A stretch of DNA of 63,943 nucleotides, the filler included, from Octopus bimaculoides (Eukaryota), in assembly GCF_001194135.2 (NCBI RefSeq). It is 5 parts of 5 records of this genome, joined end to end, with 100 filler letters (N's around TTAATTAATTAA, not from the genome) between each part and the next. Parts side by side here need not be neighbours in the genome. Positions count along the whole stretch, not along the records: positions 1 to 27,538 come from NC_068984.1; 4 more parts are not named here. One strand, written 5' to 3'. The notes beneath the pieces were generated by a model, which saw only the letters and a program-made list of their open reading frames with translations, ran no database searches and was not told the origin of the DNA. Made by a program: the position numbers and the translations under genes. This document shows positions 13,842-27,393 of this stretch, in pieces. The first letter of the stretch is position 1. Each line of letters begins with the position of its first letter.

Positions 13842-14479
13842 AGTTCTTGGTAAAAGCATTTTGGGTTGGAATCAAACTGTTTTTGTTCAAAGAATTGCCA
13901 TTTTTCATATTATAATTCTTTGTAATTAAGTGAAGCTGCATTGTTTCAAGCATTCTTTTATTCAATGTTACATTTCTGTAGTATTTGTCTTTCTTTTGTT
14001 TCAGTTTTGTTGCATCACTTTCTTATTGATTTTGCCAAAGACTGAGAAATCTTTTCTATTTTCTATCTTTTAATGTATATATGTTTCTCATGTTTTGGTT
14101 CTGATATTCCTGTTTCTGTAGTTCTGTACTTTCTTTCATAACAAATGGCTATTGCATGTGTTATTTCATCTAAACTAATGAAGTTAATTTTTTAGCTTCC
14201 TTTAAGTCTGTGATGGTTAAGTTTGTATTCATTATTTACTGAATTTTATCTTCTGAAGGGATTTTTTTTTTTTAACCGATATGAAGGTCTTCTGCTTCTT
14301 GTAATTTTTTAATTATTCCCAGCTTTAGACTATCATGGATTATCATTGAAACTTTCTATTCTAAAATTTAGGCTTTGTCCTGTTTGGTTATTACTTCATT
14401 AACATGTTCTGTATGTGTTATATCTAGTTTTGCAGCCAGCATTCTCAAAACTTTTATTTTGTTCTTTGTGTTCATCATC

Positions 14480-15080
14480 ATTCCAGGCAATAACTAGGTT
14501 GATGCAATCAACCCCTCCCACTAAAATTGCGGGCCTTGTGCTGAAATTTGAAACTATTATTATCTGGGTAGAGGATTGTTAGAATTGATAGAGCTTTGGG
14601 AAAAATGCCTTTTGACATTTCTTCTGATTCATGTACTTTGGCAAAATTAATCTCATTGAGATTTGAACTTTCTTTTAAGGTCAATAAAATAATGTACCGG
14701 TCTAAGAACTGGGATTGATGATACTAAGCTTCTTGCCTCAAAATTGCAGGCCTTGTGCTTAAAAATAGAAACTGTTATTGATATTTTGCCTTTTACCCTA
14801 TCTGAGTTGATAAAATAGGTACCAGTCAAGTGCTGGACTTATTGTAATCAACTACCTCCCTTTCACAAAATTTCAAGCCTTGTGACTATAGTAGAAAAGA
14901 TTATTATCTGGCCTGTGGGTTGGTATAATCAGAAGTGCGATAGACAAAATATTTTGCAGCATTTAGTTGTGAAATCCTTACGTTCATCCTTCCAGAATTG
15001 ATAGGATAAGTGCCAGTTGAATATTAGAGTGGATCAAATTCTCTATATCCCACCACTCATAATTGAGGCCACATGTTTAA
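14480..15080 (+). repeat. Stack of several degenerate same-strand SINE fragments
   Basis: The motifs aaatt(g/t)c(g/a)ggccttgtg, tggtagaatt and gataaaata(g/a)gtaccag recur four to five times and are homologous to 11988-12205. Confidence 0.7.
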
Positions 15081-15113
15081 ATAAGAAATTTTTACTATTA
15101 TTTTCTGTTGTAG

Positions 15114-15208
15114 AAACTTATGGAAGATGTTGATCCTGATAAGGATGCAAAAATTCAAGAAAGGGATTTCATCATTTACATGCACAAATATCCTGAACTG
15201 ATTGAGAA
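15114..15208 (+). CDS. EF-hand calmodulin-like protein, coding exon 2 (aa 47-78, EF2)
   Basis: Acceptor ttttctgttgtag|AAA; KLMEDVDPDKDAKIQERDFIIYMHKYPELIE plus AA; donor |GTATGT (phase 2); frame is compatible with both neighbouring exons. Confidence 0.9.
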
Positions 15209-15399
15209 GTATGTCACTTTTCTTTTTATAATAATCATCATTTTAATGTTCACTTATCCATGCTTCCACAAGTTGGACAAAGTTTATTGAGGCAAATTTT
15301 TTTACCTTCCTGTCTGCATTTCTTGCCTCTCTCCAAACTAGGTAATAGTTCCCTATGGTCAGACACATTTTTGCATAATATTGGAAATGGACGACACTG

Positions 15400-15630
15400 C
15401 TTAGATGACAGTGACCCTCATTTACAATGATCATGTGATGTCAAGACTAGATCATTCACACACACATTTGACTGGCTTCTTTCAATTTCTGTCTACCAAA
15501 TTCACTCACAAAGCTTTGGCTAGCCCAAAGCTATAGTAGAAAGACTCTTGCCCAAAGTGTCACATGGTGGGACTGAACCCAAAATCATGTGGTTGGGAAG
15601 CAAATTTAATCACCCAGCCATGCCTGCAAC
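15400..15630 (-). mobile_element. tRNA-derived SINE (second family)
   Basis: Minus strand: ttcccaaccacatgatttt gggttcagtcccaccatgtgacactttgggcaag...gtgagtgaatttggtagacagaaattgaaagaagcc; many homologues at 51-58 kb. Confidence 0.8.
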
Positions 15631-16563
15631 TATACCACACACCTATTTTAAAATATATCTATACATATGCAATAAAATGTATGTCCATCTGTAATGAATT
15701 ATAAGGTATCTGTTGTGTGTGGGGGGGGGGGATATATAGCTGTCATAAAATAATATACCTCAGAAAAAATTTCATTTATCAAAATAATAATCATTAGAAT
15801 CTTTATATTTTTGCTAACAAGAAACAAGTTTGTTTATTCTGGTAGTAAAAAATTCTCTAGTCCAAGAGACAATGACTTATTCAAAGGTATCACAGTGCAA
15901 AAGAAGCACAGATTAAGCATTACAACAGTGATGTTTTCTTTCTTTTTTTTTTTTTTTGATATTTTAGTTTGTTGACTTTTTTGTTCTTCCAGTGAGGTGC
16001 AAATGTCACCATCTACTTCTGGAAGCTTTCAAGCTGTTCTGCCATCTTTGCTTATAGGCATAATCATAGTTAAATAGATTTTATTCCAAAGTAATAAGAA
16101 TTACAATTATTTTTGCACCAACATAAACAAACCAGAAACTTAAATAGAATTGAGCATGTGTGCTGGGAAGTCTTTGATAATTTTTTTTCTTTTTAAAGAG
16201 GGTATATATTTCTAAACTTGTTCTGAACATTGATTTTCATGGATGATTTGCTGTAAAAATATAATACTACACATGAACATTCCTCTGCATAACTGCATAA
16301 TGTATCAAAGGAAACAACACAAGATAAGCACCATGGCATATTGTTGCATCATACCAAAATTTCTTTTGAAATTTTGAAGAACTTTACCCACCACTCTCTC
16401 ATAAAAACCCATGTCTCGACAAGCCATTGAGAAAATTTCTGTGGGCATTCAACTTGCTAGAAATAGTAGCCAAATCTTCCTCAAATTATTCTTTACTTTC
16501 TTGAAAACAAAACAAAAAAAGACACTTTAAATAATGTTATTCTAGGTTCACTGTTGGAAGGAA

Positions 16564-16923
16564 AAAACAGGATGTTCAGGGTTTGGAAGTCTTCAATCAT
16601 TGATATTCTCTGTCAGGTCTGAGTTAGGTCTAAGCAGCAACCTCACATAATATTAATTATTAGGTTTGAAAATCATAGTCTTTCATATTACTTAGATCAA
16701 TATATTCACGATCAAGACACTAGTTTTGCACACTTAGATCAATATATTAGACAGTGTGCAAAACTAGTGTCTTGATAGTGAATATATTGATCTAAGTAAT
16801 ATGAAAGACTATGATATTCAAACCTAATAATTAGTATTATGTGGAGTTGCTGTTTAGACCTAACTCAGACATGACAGAGAATATCAATGATTGAAGACTT
16901 TCAAACACTGAACATCCTGTTTT
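16564..16923. repeat. Long inverted repeat (palindrome) with 171-bp arms and an 18-nt spacer, inside an intron of the EF-hand gene
   Basis: 16564-16734 versus the reverse complement of 16753-16923: 9 mismatches and no indels by manual comparison. Confidence 0.97.
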
Positions 16924-18752
16924 ATCTTCAAACATGATTTTTCAATGTTACTTTTCAAATAAGATATATATTTTGACCAGGATTGCTATCATAATTACTC
17001 CCACCACCTTTTTTTTCTCTTGGTGTAAACATATGTTTGTTAAATTTGTTTTTAGAACTAACAAGTAAAAAATGTTACAAAACTACAGATTCTTATAAGT
17101 TGTCTAAATCATCATTCTTGTACATTTATATTATGGTTGTACTTTCTGTTCTAATTAGACAGTGCCTAAATGTTGGGGATTTTTTTTTTTTTTTTGTATA
17201 ATACAAACTGGTTTCTAGATTTCAAAAATTATACTGACTTTAACTTAAGTTCTCTCAAACAAAATCCTTAAGCCTATTTATGAGCCAGTGATCTCTACAC
17301 ATTCAACCTGCTAGAAATAGCAATCTAATCTCTACCAAATGACACTCTACTGTCTTAAACAAAAAGGGGGACACAGTGGATAATGTTGTTGCAGATTTCC
17401 TTCATTTCTGTTTTGAGCTGTGCTACTTATTTGATCATCCTTGGATGATTTCTGTAGCATATCAGTCTTTCTCTGATAAAAGATTGCTAACCTCTCACTC
17501 AGCCCTTTACCATCTGGAAAAAAGCCCTTCTCACTGTGTAACCTAGCTATTCCGAGAGAAATTATAAAAGTTACTGATGGAAATAAACAGAGAGAGTGGT
17601 AGAGACAGAATAAAAATCAGCCCCCAAACTTGACTAGTATGTAAAGTATCAATCCCATAAATATGGAAAGTAAAGTTGACCTTGTTGGAATTTGAACTCG
17701 AAGCTCAGACAGCCAGAACAAACACCACAACATAATTTATCCAATACTCTAAAGACAGGTAATTCATAGCCTTAGTTGAAGATTCACTGTCTAAAAAATG
17801 AGCTGGAGACAGCTGCAATACTGTTGGAATAAAGATGGTTGAAGAACTGACATGCTTTCAAAGTTTCACTTGTTATGTGTCTTACAAAAGACAATTTACT
17901 CAAGTTCCTTTTACATTCTGAGTGCAAATCCCTTCCCCTATCAACTTTGCTATTCAACTTTCTGGAGTGGTAGTTATTGTTGTTTGGATCTTAAGTCTGC
18001 TCTGTTTGAGTCAACCTATGATCAACTTTCCAGCCATTCTGGAATTATACTGGAGCAGTATAATTAACTATATCCCTAGCCTAAAGTCTTTTATCTGTAT
18101 TCGAAATCAATATGTTTCGTATGAAATTTTTCCACTGTACAGAAAACAGTTATCCCAATAGATTCTTATGATCACTGCCCAAGCTAGTTGAAATCATTAA
18201 ACTAGTGTGTCCATGTTGTTTATCCACCAAGTTAGCTCAAATCAAAGGCATTCTAGCTGTTATCTTACTGTCTTTTTAGGGAGAGTCTACATCCATGTTA
18301 TCCAGTATGTCCTTAGTGTGGTAGGACAGTGGGGTAAGATTTGAGGGAGGTTTCACCTGTTTTTATAAATCTATCGTCTTCGTAGTTAAGGATTAGGGGA
18401 TCTTTTTATTATCAGAGGCAAACTATAATTCTAAAATAATGTGTGGAGCCCAGAAAAATTCCCTTGTTTTATAAATTCATGTTAAATAACTTACATTAAA
18501 TTACTCTTTTGGTTTTAAGGTTCCACTCACTTATATGGATTTTAGAGTTTTCATCAATGAATACTTTCAAATTTGTATGCTGTAAAAGTTTTGCTCCCAG
18601 GTATAGAATTTCGAGCCCTTGGATGTAGTAATTCCTTAGATTAGCTGTTGATTAAAGCATAATAGTTGTAATAACATTTGATTTATTATTAATCTGTATT
18701 CAAATTTTTCAAAATTTATATATATATTTTATTTATTTAAATTTGTCAACAG

Positions 18753-18954
18753 CACCAACATCATTCGTGGATTATTCCAGAAGTTTGATAAAGACAACAG
18801 TGGTTCAGCACTGAAAACAGATGTTGTAGCTGATCTGAAAGAAATGGGCATTTACAATGATAAAATTGACTCTAAAATTGAAGCTATGGACCAGAACAAA
18901 GATGGCAACATTTCTTACAGAGATTTCCTTAGGATCTACTTCTCTGGAAAATAA
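18753..18954 (+). CDS. EF-hand calmodulin-like protein, coding exon 3 (aa 78-144, EF3 and EF4, stop)
   Basis: Acceptor tttgtcaacag|C completes AAC (Asn); TNIIRGLFQKFDKDNSGSALKTDVVADLKEMGIYNDKIDSKIEAMDQNKDGNISYRDFLRIYFSGK then TAA at 18952-18954. The joined CDS is 144 aa with four evenly spaced EF loops. Confidence 0.92.
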
Positions 18955-20349
18955 ACTCACTTTTCTTATTTTTTCCCAACACATTTACCCATAATTTTTT
19001 TTGCCATTTCATTCTTTTCTATATTAACCAGTCTTCATTATATTTGGTATGTCTGGAGTATTCTCAACTTAAAAATTGTACACAATTTAATGTTTCTCTT
19101 TTCATATGAAATTAAGCCTCTCTGAATGTACAAGAAATTAGTCTTCTAATTGGCATTGAATTGGTAGAATTAGATCATTGAATAAAATGCCTCAAAGTAT
19201 TTAATCACACCTCCTTATGTTGTTAGTTTAAATTCCACTGAAAGCAACTTTGCATTTCATCCTTCAAGAATCAATAAAAGAAGCACCAATTAAGTACCGT
19301 GTCAATTTCAATACTAATGAAATGCCTAAGCTTAATAAAGTATGTAAGATAAACAAACTCTACTTGACTTGTTTTAAATAGCAGGAAAATCTCTCTCAAA
19401 TGACATGCCTTTGGCCCTAAGTCTATTGGGGCTAACTCCTAACTGATTATAGATTTTTCCTTTTATCAGCACCCCTGACCCTTTTTGGAAAACCTCTGAG
19501 TCTAATAGGAGGACGTCTAAATGCTTGCAACAGTGTGTCTTTCTCTGGAGGCACCCAAGTTCTAATTGAGTGGTGTTACACCAGACAACAGATGAGTCTA
19601 CAATTTAGATCTCAAATTTATTAAATTATACCATAACTATCAAGTCAAAGCTCTCTGTTCTTTCTCACCTGCTCCTTTCTCTATAGAAGTTCCTGACTTT
19701 GATATATAATTATTAATAATAGCAATGGAAGCCATTAAATCAAACTTCCTCACATGTTTTTTAGTAATCTGAATCCCTATACTATAGTTTCAATTAATCC
19801 GTATTTTCAACAGATTTTACTGCAGCACCAGTTGCATCTCTGTGTACTGCATTATTTTTGGGTAATGTTTGTGCACTACATCTTTTTACCATTATTGTTG
19901 GGGGTTTTGTTGTTTTGTCTGTATAGGATATATGCAATGTGAATTGTATAGTGATGAGTTTCTCCTATGTACTGTGATTGGTTTACATTTTACTGCTAGG
20001 TGATAATTGGACAGTGTATGTGCTGTGTAGTTTGTTATATTAATGAACTGTATGGGTGTAGTGTGAGTTGTTTGGTGCAACAGGGTTAGGTATCAAATAT
20101 GTAAGAGCAGGGGTTGCGGTTTAATGTTGATTGTGTAGAAAATGTTATTGATTAATAATAATCTGTAGAGTATGTTGTATGTGTTATTTTATTTGATGGT
20201 TATTTTACAGAGTATGTATTGTATGCAGAGTGCATAGTTTGATCTATGCTATTGAATTGAAAGTGTCTTGTGTAAGATGTGGAATGTGTGCAATGTTGTG
20301 ATCCTTGATATAGTTTGTTTTGTTATATTTTTTATCATATCTAGTCTGC

Positions 20350-21060
20350 TATTTTTACTTTCATGCCCCATAAACTGTGCATTTCAATTTTGAGATCCCT
20401 GTACTTTGACATTTTCTCTAACAATGCCTACTGGGCACTGGTCAGAAGGGATTGAAATGTTTATCAAAGTGGAAACTAATTCTATACTCATAGACATTTC
20501 ATTCCAATCCTTGATTGATATCTGGACAGTTTTTCCTTGATCTCCTTGTCAGTCTAGACAACTGTCCCAGATAATTGAGCCAATTCTTTTTAATACATGT
20601 TTATACCACTCTATTTTCACATCAAAGTGTCAGTATATTACCTAGTGGATATAACTGCCAGCTTAATCATGTCTGTGTATATCCTCAGACTTGACAACTG
20701 GATGTGATCTGGTCAACTGTCTCATTGTACATGTTGTGTAATTTTGTCCTTGGTAGTACTGTTTTCATAATTTTATTTTTGTAGTTGTTAGTGACTGGTG
20801 CTATTTTTGACTTTTGCTCTGAATGACATCTTCTCTGAGTCTTACTGTCCATGTGATATTTCTTTCCTTCTTTATCTCTATTATATTTTGGAAAGTCATT
20901 TTAATTATGTCTTTGTTTTTTTTTATCAACTTTGGAATGTTGTCATTCAGTCAAACAGTAGTTTCCTGTTTTTTCAGCAAAGCTCTTCAATTAACATTGC
21001 TTCAAGCTTATTATATTGACGATGTAGTTTATAACTAGGATGGCTAGTGCATTGTGTTCA
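20350..21060 (-). mobile_element. R4/Dong-like RLE LINE, 3' coding remnant (CA-rich 3' region extends to about 19840)
   Basis: Minus strand across frameshifts: QS-LTNNYKNKIMK, YNETVDQITSSCQV, RHD*AGSYIH, WYKH, TDKEIKENCPDII, KYRDLKIE-like segments (zinc knuckle plus RLE). Confidence 0.65.
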
Positions 21061-24000
21061 ATTTGTAATATTAGTCTGATTCTTTTATAGCACTCTTATA
21101 GTTTTCTTTTTTGTTTTTGTAAGGGTGATCCTGATATAATTTTTTTAAGTTTCAGTGTCTTTAACTTAATCTTCACAATTTTTGCTTATTTGCCTTTATA
21201 ATAGCTTTGCTACATTTATTTAATACCAAACTCATTTCTATGTCTTTATCATTATTATGCTGGGTGGTGGATTGGTAGAATTATTAGTGTTAGAAAAGTT
21301 CTTTGCAAACTTTGTTTTGGCTCTTAACTGTCTGTTTTGAATCCTACCAAGGTCAACTTTTCCTTTAATCCCTCTGGAGTGAATAAAATAAAGTACTGGG
21401 GTCAATTTAATCAGCTGATCCCCCTCTCCTCAGAAGTACTGATCTCGAGCCAAAATTTGAAACAATTGTTATTGCCAAACCCATGTATTTTAAATATTAA
21501 TGAAGTGAAAAGAATGGCACTGAACTAAATATATTGCAATTATTTGGTTATATCCCAAATTCTTCTGAGTTCAAATTCAGAAGATTGACTGTATTTGCTT
21601 GCCCCAAATGTGTGACTGTGTCTCTATTAGAAGCCTTCATTTAAATTTGGGAGTTGTTTTTTATATACCATTTTTGTTTTATGAAATAAAATGTTGGAAG
21701 TTTAACCTGAGTGTTTTCTGTGTTCACTTCATTATATTCTTCCATGACATATGACATCTTACAATCTCTTTGCACTGAAAATAGATTGTAACCTGCTAGG
21801 AATTCTTCTGTTTACATAAGTGCTGGTCCAAAATATGAGATGTGCACTCAACACTTGCTTTCAGCACTGGTCCTTATTCAAAGCAGAGTAGTATGCCATA
21901 GCAAGTGTACCTCATCATTGACTCAGCTGGTGAAAAATATTATCTTCTTATGTATGTCCTTCCAGCTATCTTTCACAATACAGACATCAACTCGGAAACT
22001 TTTGCTGTCCATGCAAGCTGTTATCTTTAAGATTTCTGTTCTCTTGTAAAGATGATGTCTTACTTTGTAAAATTCTCTAATCCACCATGTGCCAAACTAG
22101 ATGTCCCCATTTTGATTCTAATTCTACATTGCATGCATGTGTATGTACACAACCCTGTTTACCAAATCTTCATTTTGTCATGCTATATCTTACATGATCG
22201 TGATACATACCACAGCTAATCAATCTGAACAAAGGCTTATTCTTTTATTAGATTAAAACAGTGTGCTTCCAAGCAAGCACTTTTTCTTAATAGGACATCA
22301 ATATAAGAAAGCATGCAATAGTGTCCTATCTTCAAGAAGAGGAACTTCTCAGATCCTGAGAACTACTGATTTATTGCTCTCATCGACAGGTCATGGATGC
22401 TATCAAAAACTTCCTTTATTTTTATTCACTTCCTCCTCAGTACAGTTTCTGCTGAGTTTAGATCATAATTAGTGATCTTGCTCTTGAAACCAAAACTTCC
22501 ACAGTGTCTGAGTTTAAATTACATAAAACGTCTACCACTGCAGCATTAAACACAATTCAATGACAGCATTAAACAAGAAAGTGAGGGAGCTTCTACATGG
22601 TTGTTCAAACTGCTACAAGAAAACTGTCAAATCACCTTCAAGCTACACTCTGTATTAAAATAAAAAGGAAAGGTATGGTTGATGTGTCTTGAAAAAAGAA
22701 GGATATGGAGTCTGAAAAAAAACTGGATGATTAGGATTGGAACACCATCGATCATTGTGTTGATCTGGAGCTAAGCATTTATCACTTGATCCAACAACAT
22801 AAAATACCTATCAAAGGAAACATTTGAACACATAGCAAAGGTGCCATTTGAAATATTTGTTGCTATCCCACCTACATATCTCTAGAATGGCACTGCTTTT
22901 GGAAAATGAAATCTGAAAATATCCTTCAATGGGGATATAATCCAGTCACCCTCAACACCAAGTCACAATCACTTCCCCTAAACACATGAAAAACTCGAGA
23001 GGTGAAGCCATCAAATATTCAACCTCATAATAATATTTGATGATCTTTCATGGTGATCTCATAGGTTTAACATTGCTAAAACTACATCATTAAGTCTAAG
23101 TTTTTTCATTAGAGCCATATAATACTTAATTTCTGAGCTTCATGTAGGTTCACTGACTGATCAGTTACCAACCTTGAACATCTACTCATATATCTGGAAA
23201 TAGAGGTGAGAATAGAGGTGTATACACATAATCATACAGCCAATTGTCAAAGACTCGTAACAAAACCACTATTATACAGGCATGTTGTTTATTCATTCTA
23301 TCCTCCATGTCAGCAGTAGCCAGCTATGTATGACATTTGCTTAAGTCTCTCACCTTACACAAATAAACAACAAATCAAAAATTATGGGAAAGGATGGAAT
23401 TTCAACTCTGGACAAAATATCTTTTTGAAATTAATCAAAAGTTGAAACGGTGGTTTAAGTCATACATTGTCTTTCCCTTTGTTTAGAATCTATTGATTTC
23501 ATTAGAAAATTATGATTATATTTACTGTCACTTCATCTCTCATTCTGTTACATAAGTGAAACATTTGGTCCAATATTTTAATGGAAAAATTTGTCTGCTG
23601 CTCTGCTGATACTGGTGGGGAAAAAGAAGGTCTGTGAATTAATAATGTTCAGAGTAAATATGAGAATTTGGGAAAATTGCTTGCTGCGTTTAATATGCAA
23701 AACACTGTGCACTTGAATCAAAAGGTTCTAAAATTAATTCTGAAAATAATATACTTTAATGCATCACTGGTGGCATGGCAATTCAATTTCTCAACAACCC
23801 GTTCTCTTTGTGATCAAGTTTCTTAGCAGTGAAACAAATTCCCCCAACTTTAAGCTTTAGTCTGATTTTTGATACATATTAGTTCCAGCAAATAATGATA
23901 ATGATATTTTCTTTTAATAATTGCACAATTTTAACTTTATTAGTTAATGTACATAACTGTCTTGACAATCAGAGCTTTCAGATCACCAATACTTTCACAG

Positions 24001-24295
24001 ATCTACTTAACCCTTTAGCCATGAACACTACTCAGATGGTAAGGAAATTAGCTACAAATTACTTAAACGAGAAAATTATTTCTCCGCTATTATCAAACCA
24101 AACATGCAAATGAAGTCCTTGTTTCTAAGATCATAAGTGTGTAAATGAAGGATCTGCTTCTCGGAGAACAAGCATGTGAACTACTCCTATGTAAGGTAGC
24201 GATCATATAGTGAAAAATATGATAGGGTGGTAGATGCAGGCTGAAATGAATGCTACTGATTGTTTATGAATTCTGCAAAATGTGAGCTTTCTTTT

Positions 24296-26970
24296 CAGGT
24301 ACATGACACTGCTGTTCCCCGCCCCAGGGTCTCACGGGCCCATACCTCCCACACACTCAGGGTTGGCACTCTCAACGTCGGCACACAGAAAGGTAGGTCT
24401 GGTGAGATTGTTGAGATGCTTGAATGGAGATGTGTCGATATCTGCTGCCTCCAAGAAGTAAGGTGGAGAGGAGGTTCCGCTAGGTTCCTCACAGGCAAAG
24501 TACACAGGTACAAGATTTTGTGGGCAGGGAACACAGACTACCTCGTCAACAAATGACAGGGACCTTCTCTTTGTGGCTGGTGACATCAATGGTCATGTTG
24601 GACAACATTCAGGGGGCTTCCATGGCGTACATGGAGGCTATGAGGAGGGAACCAGGCTGCTGAAGTTCTGTGATGCAAATGACCTTATGGTCTGCAATAC
24701 TAACTTCAGGAAACCTGCCAGTCACCTAGTCACCTACCGTTCTGGCAGACACACTAGCCAAATTGACTACATCCTCGCCAGGAAAAGGGAAAGATGGCTG
24801 CTTATAAATGCCAAAACCTTCCCAGGCAAAGAATATACCCCACAACATTAGTAGTTAGTGACTTCAGTATCAGGGCTAAGTGGTTGCCCAGAAGACGACC
24901 AGCATGGAGGGGAAGGGTCTGGAAACTGAAAGATCCTGCAAATGGACAGAGATTTAGAGACTTTGACGAAATAAAAGTGGATATAGCTTCACATGATGTA
25001 GAAGACAACTGGAGGTTTCTACGGAACAACCTACTGAGGGCCACTAACCAGATCTGTGGATGGTGCAAAATCCCCTCTTGACCCAAAATAACGTGGTGGT
25101 GGAACAATGTTGTTCACAGGGCTATTAGACAAAAGAAACAGGCTTGGAAGGACTGGAAGAACAGTGGTAGCAGGGAATTGTATCAGTCTGCCAGAAGGGA
25201 AGCTAGGCAACAGGTTTATTTAGCCAGAGGGGAAGCAGATAAGAAAAAATTTGTCAATGTTCTGCGCCGTGAGGACCAAAGACTTGAGGCATTTCATGTT
25301 GCAAGACAGTGTGTGAGAGAGAATCGTGATGTCGTGGGAGAGAAATGTGTTCGCATGGATGATGGTACACTTGCACTAAACGAGGCTGCAAAGAAAGAGG
25401 TTTGGAGACGCCACTACGAAAGATTGCGCAATAAAGAAAATGAATGGGAGAAAGAGAGTCTGCTGGATGTCAACCCAACAGAGGGACCAGCTATCCGAGT
25501 TAACAGTACCATGGTAGATAAAGCAATCAAGAGTATGAAGACAGGGAAGGCCCCCGGCCCATCAGGAATCACTGCAGAGATGCTCAAAATATCAGGCAGT
25601 GTCGGCTATAGCCTAGTCACCCGTATTGTTAACCAGGTGATACACGAAGGAGTCATACCCAATGACTGGTGTAGCAGCACCATAGTCAACTGCTACAAAG
25701 GTAAAGGTGACACTTTAGATACAAATAATTACAGAGGTATCAAGTTGTTAGATCAGGTANNNNNNNNNNNNNNNNNNNNNNNNNNNNNNNNNNNNNNNNN
25801 NNNNNNNNNNNNNNNNNNNNNNNNNNNNNNNNNNNNNNNNNNNNNNNNNNNNNNNNNNNNNNNNNNNNNNNNNNNNNNNNNNNNNNNNNNNNNNNNNNNN
25901 NNNNNNNNNNNNNNNNNNNNNNNNNNNNNNNNNNNNNNNNNNNNNNNNNNNNNNNNNNNNNNNNNNNNNNNNNNNNNNNNNNNNNNNNNNNNNNNNNNNN
26001 NNNNNNNGAAGAATGGTTAGTGAGAGCTGTGCGAGCCATGTACAGAGATGCTGTCAGTAAGGTGAGGGTTGGCAATGAGTATAGTGAAGAATTCCGGGTA
26101 GAGGTAGGGGTCCAGCAAGGTTCAGTCCTCAGCCCCCTCCTATTTATCATAGTCCTCCAGGCGATCACAGAGGAATTCAAGACAGGATGCCCCTGGGAGC
26201 TCCTCTATGCTGATGACCTTGCACTAATTGCTGAGTCACTATCAAAACTAGAGGAGAAGTTTCAGGTGTGGAAGCAAGGACTAGAACCGAAGGGTCTAAG
26301 AGTCAACCTAGCTGAAACTAAAATCCTAATAAGTAGGAAGGTAGAAAAAACACAAACCCCTTCAGGTAGATGGCCCTGCTCGATCTGTAGAAAATGCGTA
26401 GGTAGAAACTTTATAAGATGTACCAGTGCAAGCTATGGACATATAAGAGGTGCAGCAACATCAAAGGAAGGTTAACTAGGAAGTTAGTTTTTGCATGTGG
26501 CAGATGTTCAGGAGCAATAAACACTGAAAATGTGCAGAAAACAACTTCTGCCACATTCCAGGGAGAAAAACTAGATGAAGTTGATAGCTTCCGCTATCTA
26601 GGTGACCAAGTTAGTAGTGGGGGAGGGTGCGCTGAAAGTGTAGCTGCTAGAATAAGAATAGCCGGGGCAAAGTTCAGAGAGCTCTTACCTCTGCTGGTGA
26701 CAAAGAGCCTCTCACTCAGAGTAAAAGGCAGACTATATGACGCATGTGTACCAACAGCCATGCTTCATGGCAGTGAAACATGGCCCATGCCTGCTGAGGA
26801 CATGCGTAAGCTCGCAAGGAATGAAGTCAGTATGCTTCAATGGATGAGTAATGTCACTGTGCATACTCGACAGAGTGTAAGTATCTTGAGAGAAAAGTTG
26901 AACCTAAGAAGCATCAGTGTGCAAGAGAGACGATTGCGCTGGTATGGTCATGTGGCAAGAATGGATGAGG
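24296..26970 (+). mobile_element. RTE-clade LINE (APE endonuclease plus reverse transcriptase), near full-length ORF2, disrupted; contains an N gap
   Basis: LRVGTLNVGT..VDICCLQEVRWRG; VAGDINGHVG; TSQIDYIL; KAPGPSG; NYRGIKLL; VGVQQGSVLSPLLF; LYADDLAL; FRYLG; RRLRWYGHVARMDED; ends in a TA/TG microsatellite. Confidence 0.96.
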
Positions 26971-27056
26971 ATATATATATGTATATGTATGTATATGTAC
27001 ATGTATATATGTGTGTATGTATATGTATGTGTGTTGTATTTGTGTGTATGTGTGTA

Positions 27057-27105
<49 letters not shown>

Positions 27106-27393
27106 ATGTGTATACATATATGTATGTATATGTGTGTGTGTATGTATATATGGATAAGTATACGGATAAAGTGTATGTATGCATATGCATACGGGTAAAG
27201 GAACGGGTAATATAGTATAGTAAAGAGAAATAAACAAAATAATTAATTAATCTAGTGGAAATCCACAGGAGAGCAATAAAAATAGAAAATTAAGGAGTTA
27301 TCTCCCCTATAATAACAAAGATGAAATCTAACGAGATTCTAAGGATTTAATGATAGTTATGTATGTGTTTTTTCGTGTTTTGTTCGAATGGTA

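Noticed and set aside
10750-18954. Naming the EF-hand gene calmodulin, squidulin, troponin C or myosin light chain
   Set aside because: The sequence lacks the conserved residues I would expect for those proteins; no symbol assigned.
19181-19339. AATAAA hexamers downstream of the EF-hand stop codon
   Set aside because: Several candidates, two inside a SINE remnant; the real poly(A) site cannot be chosen from sequence alone.
21800-22120. Possible CR1/Jockey RT C-terminal remnant on the minus strand
   Set aside because: Only one weak motif (VECTSHI); too degraded to support.
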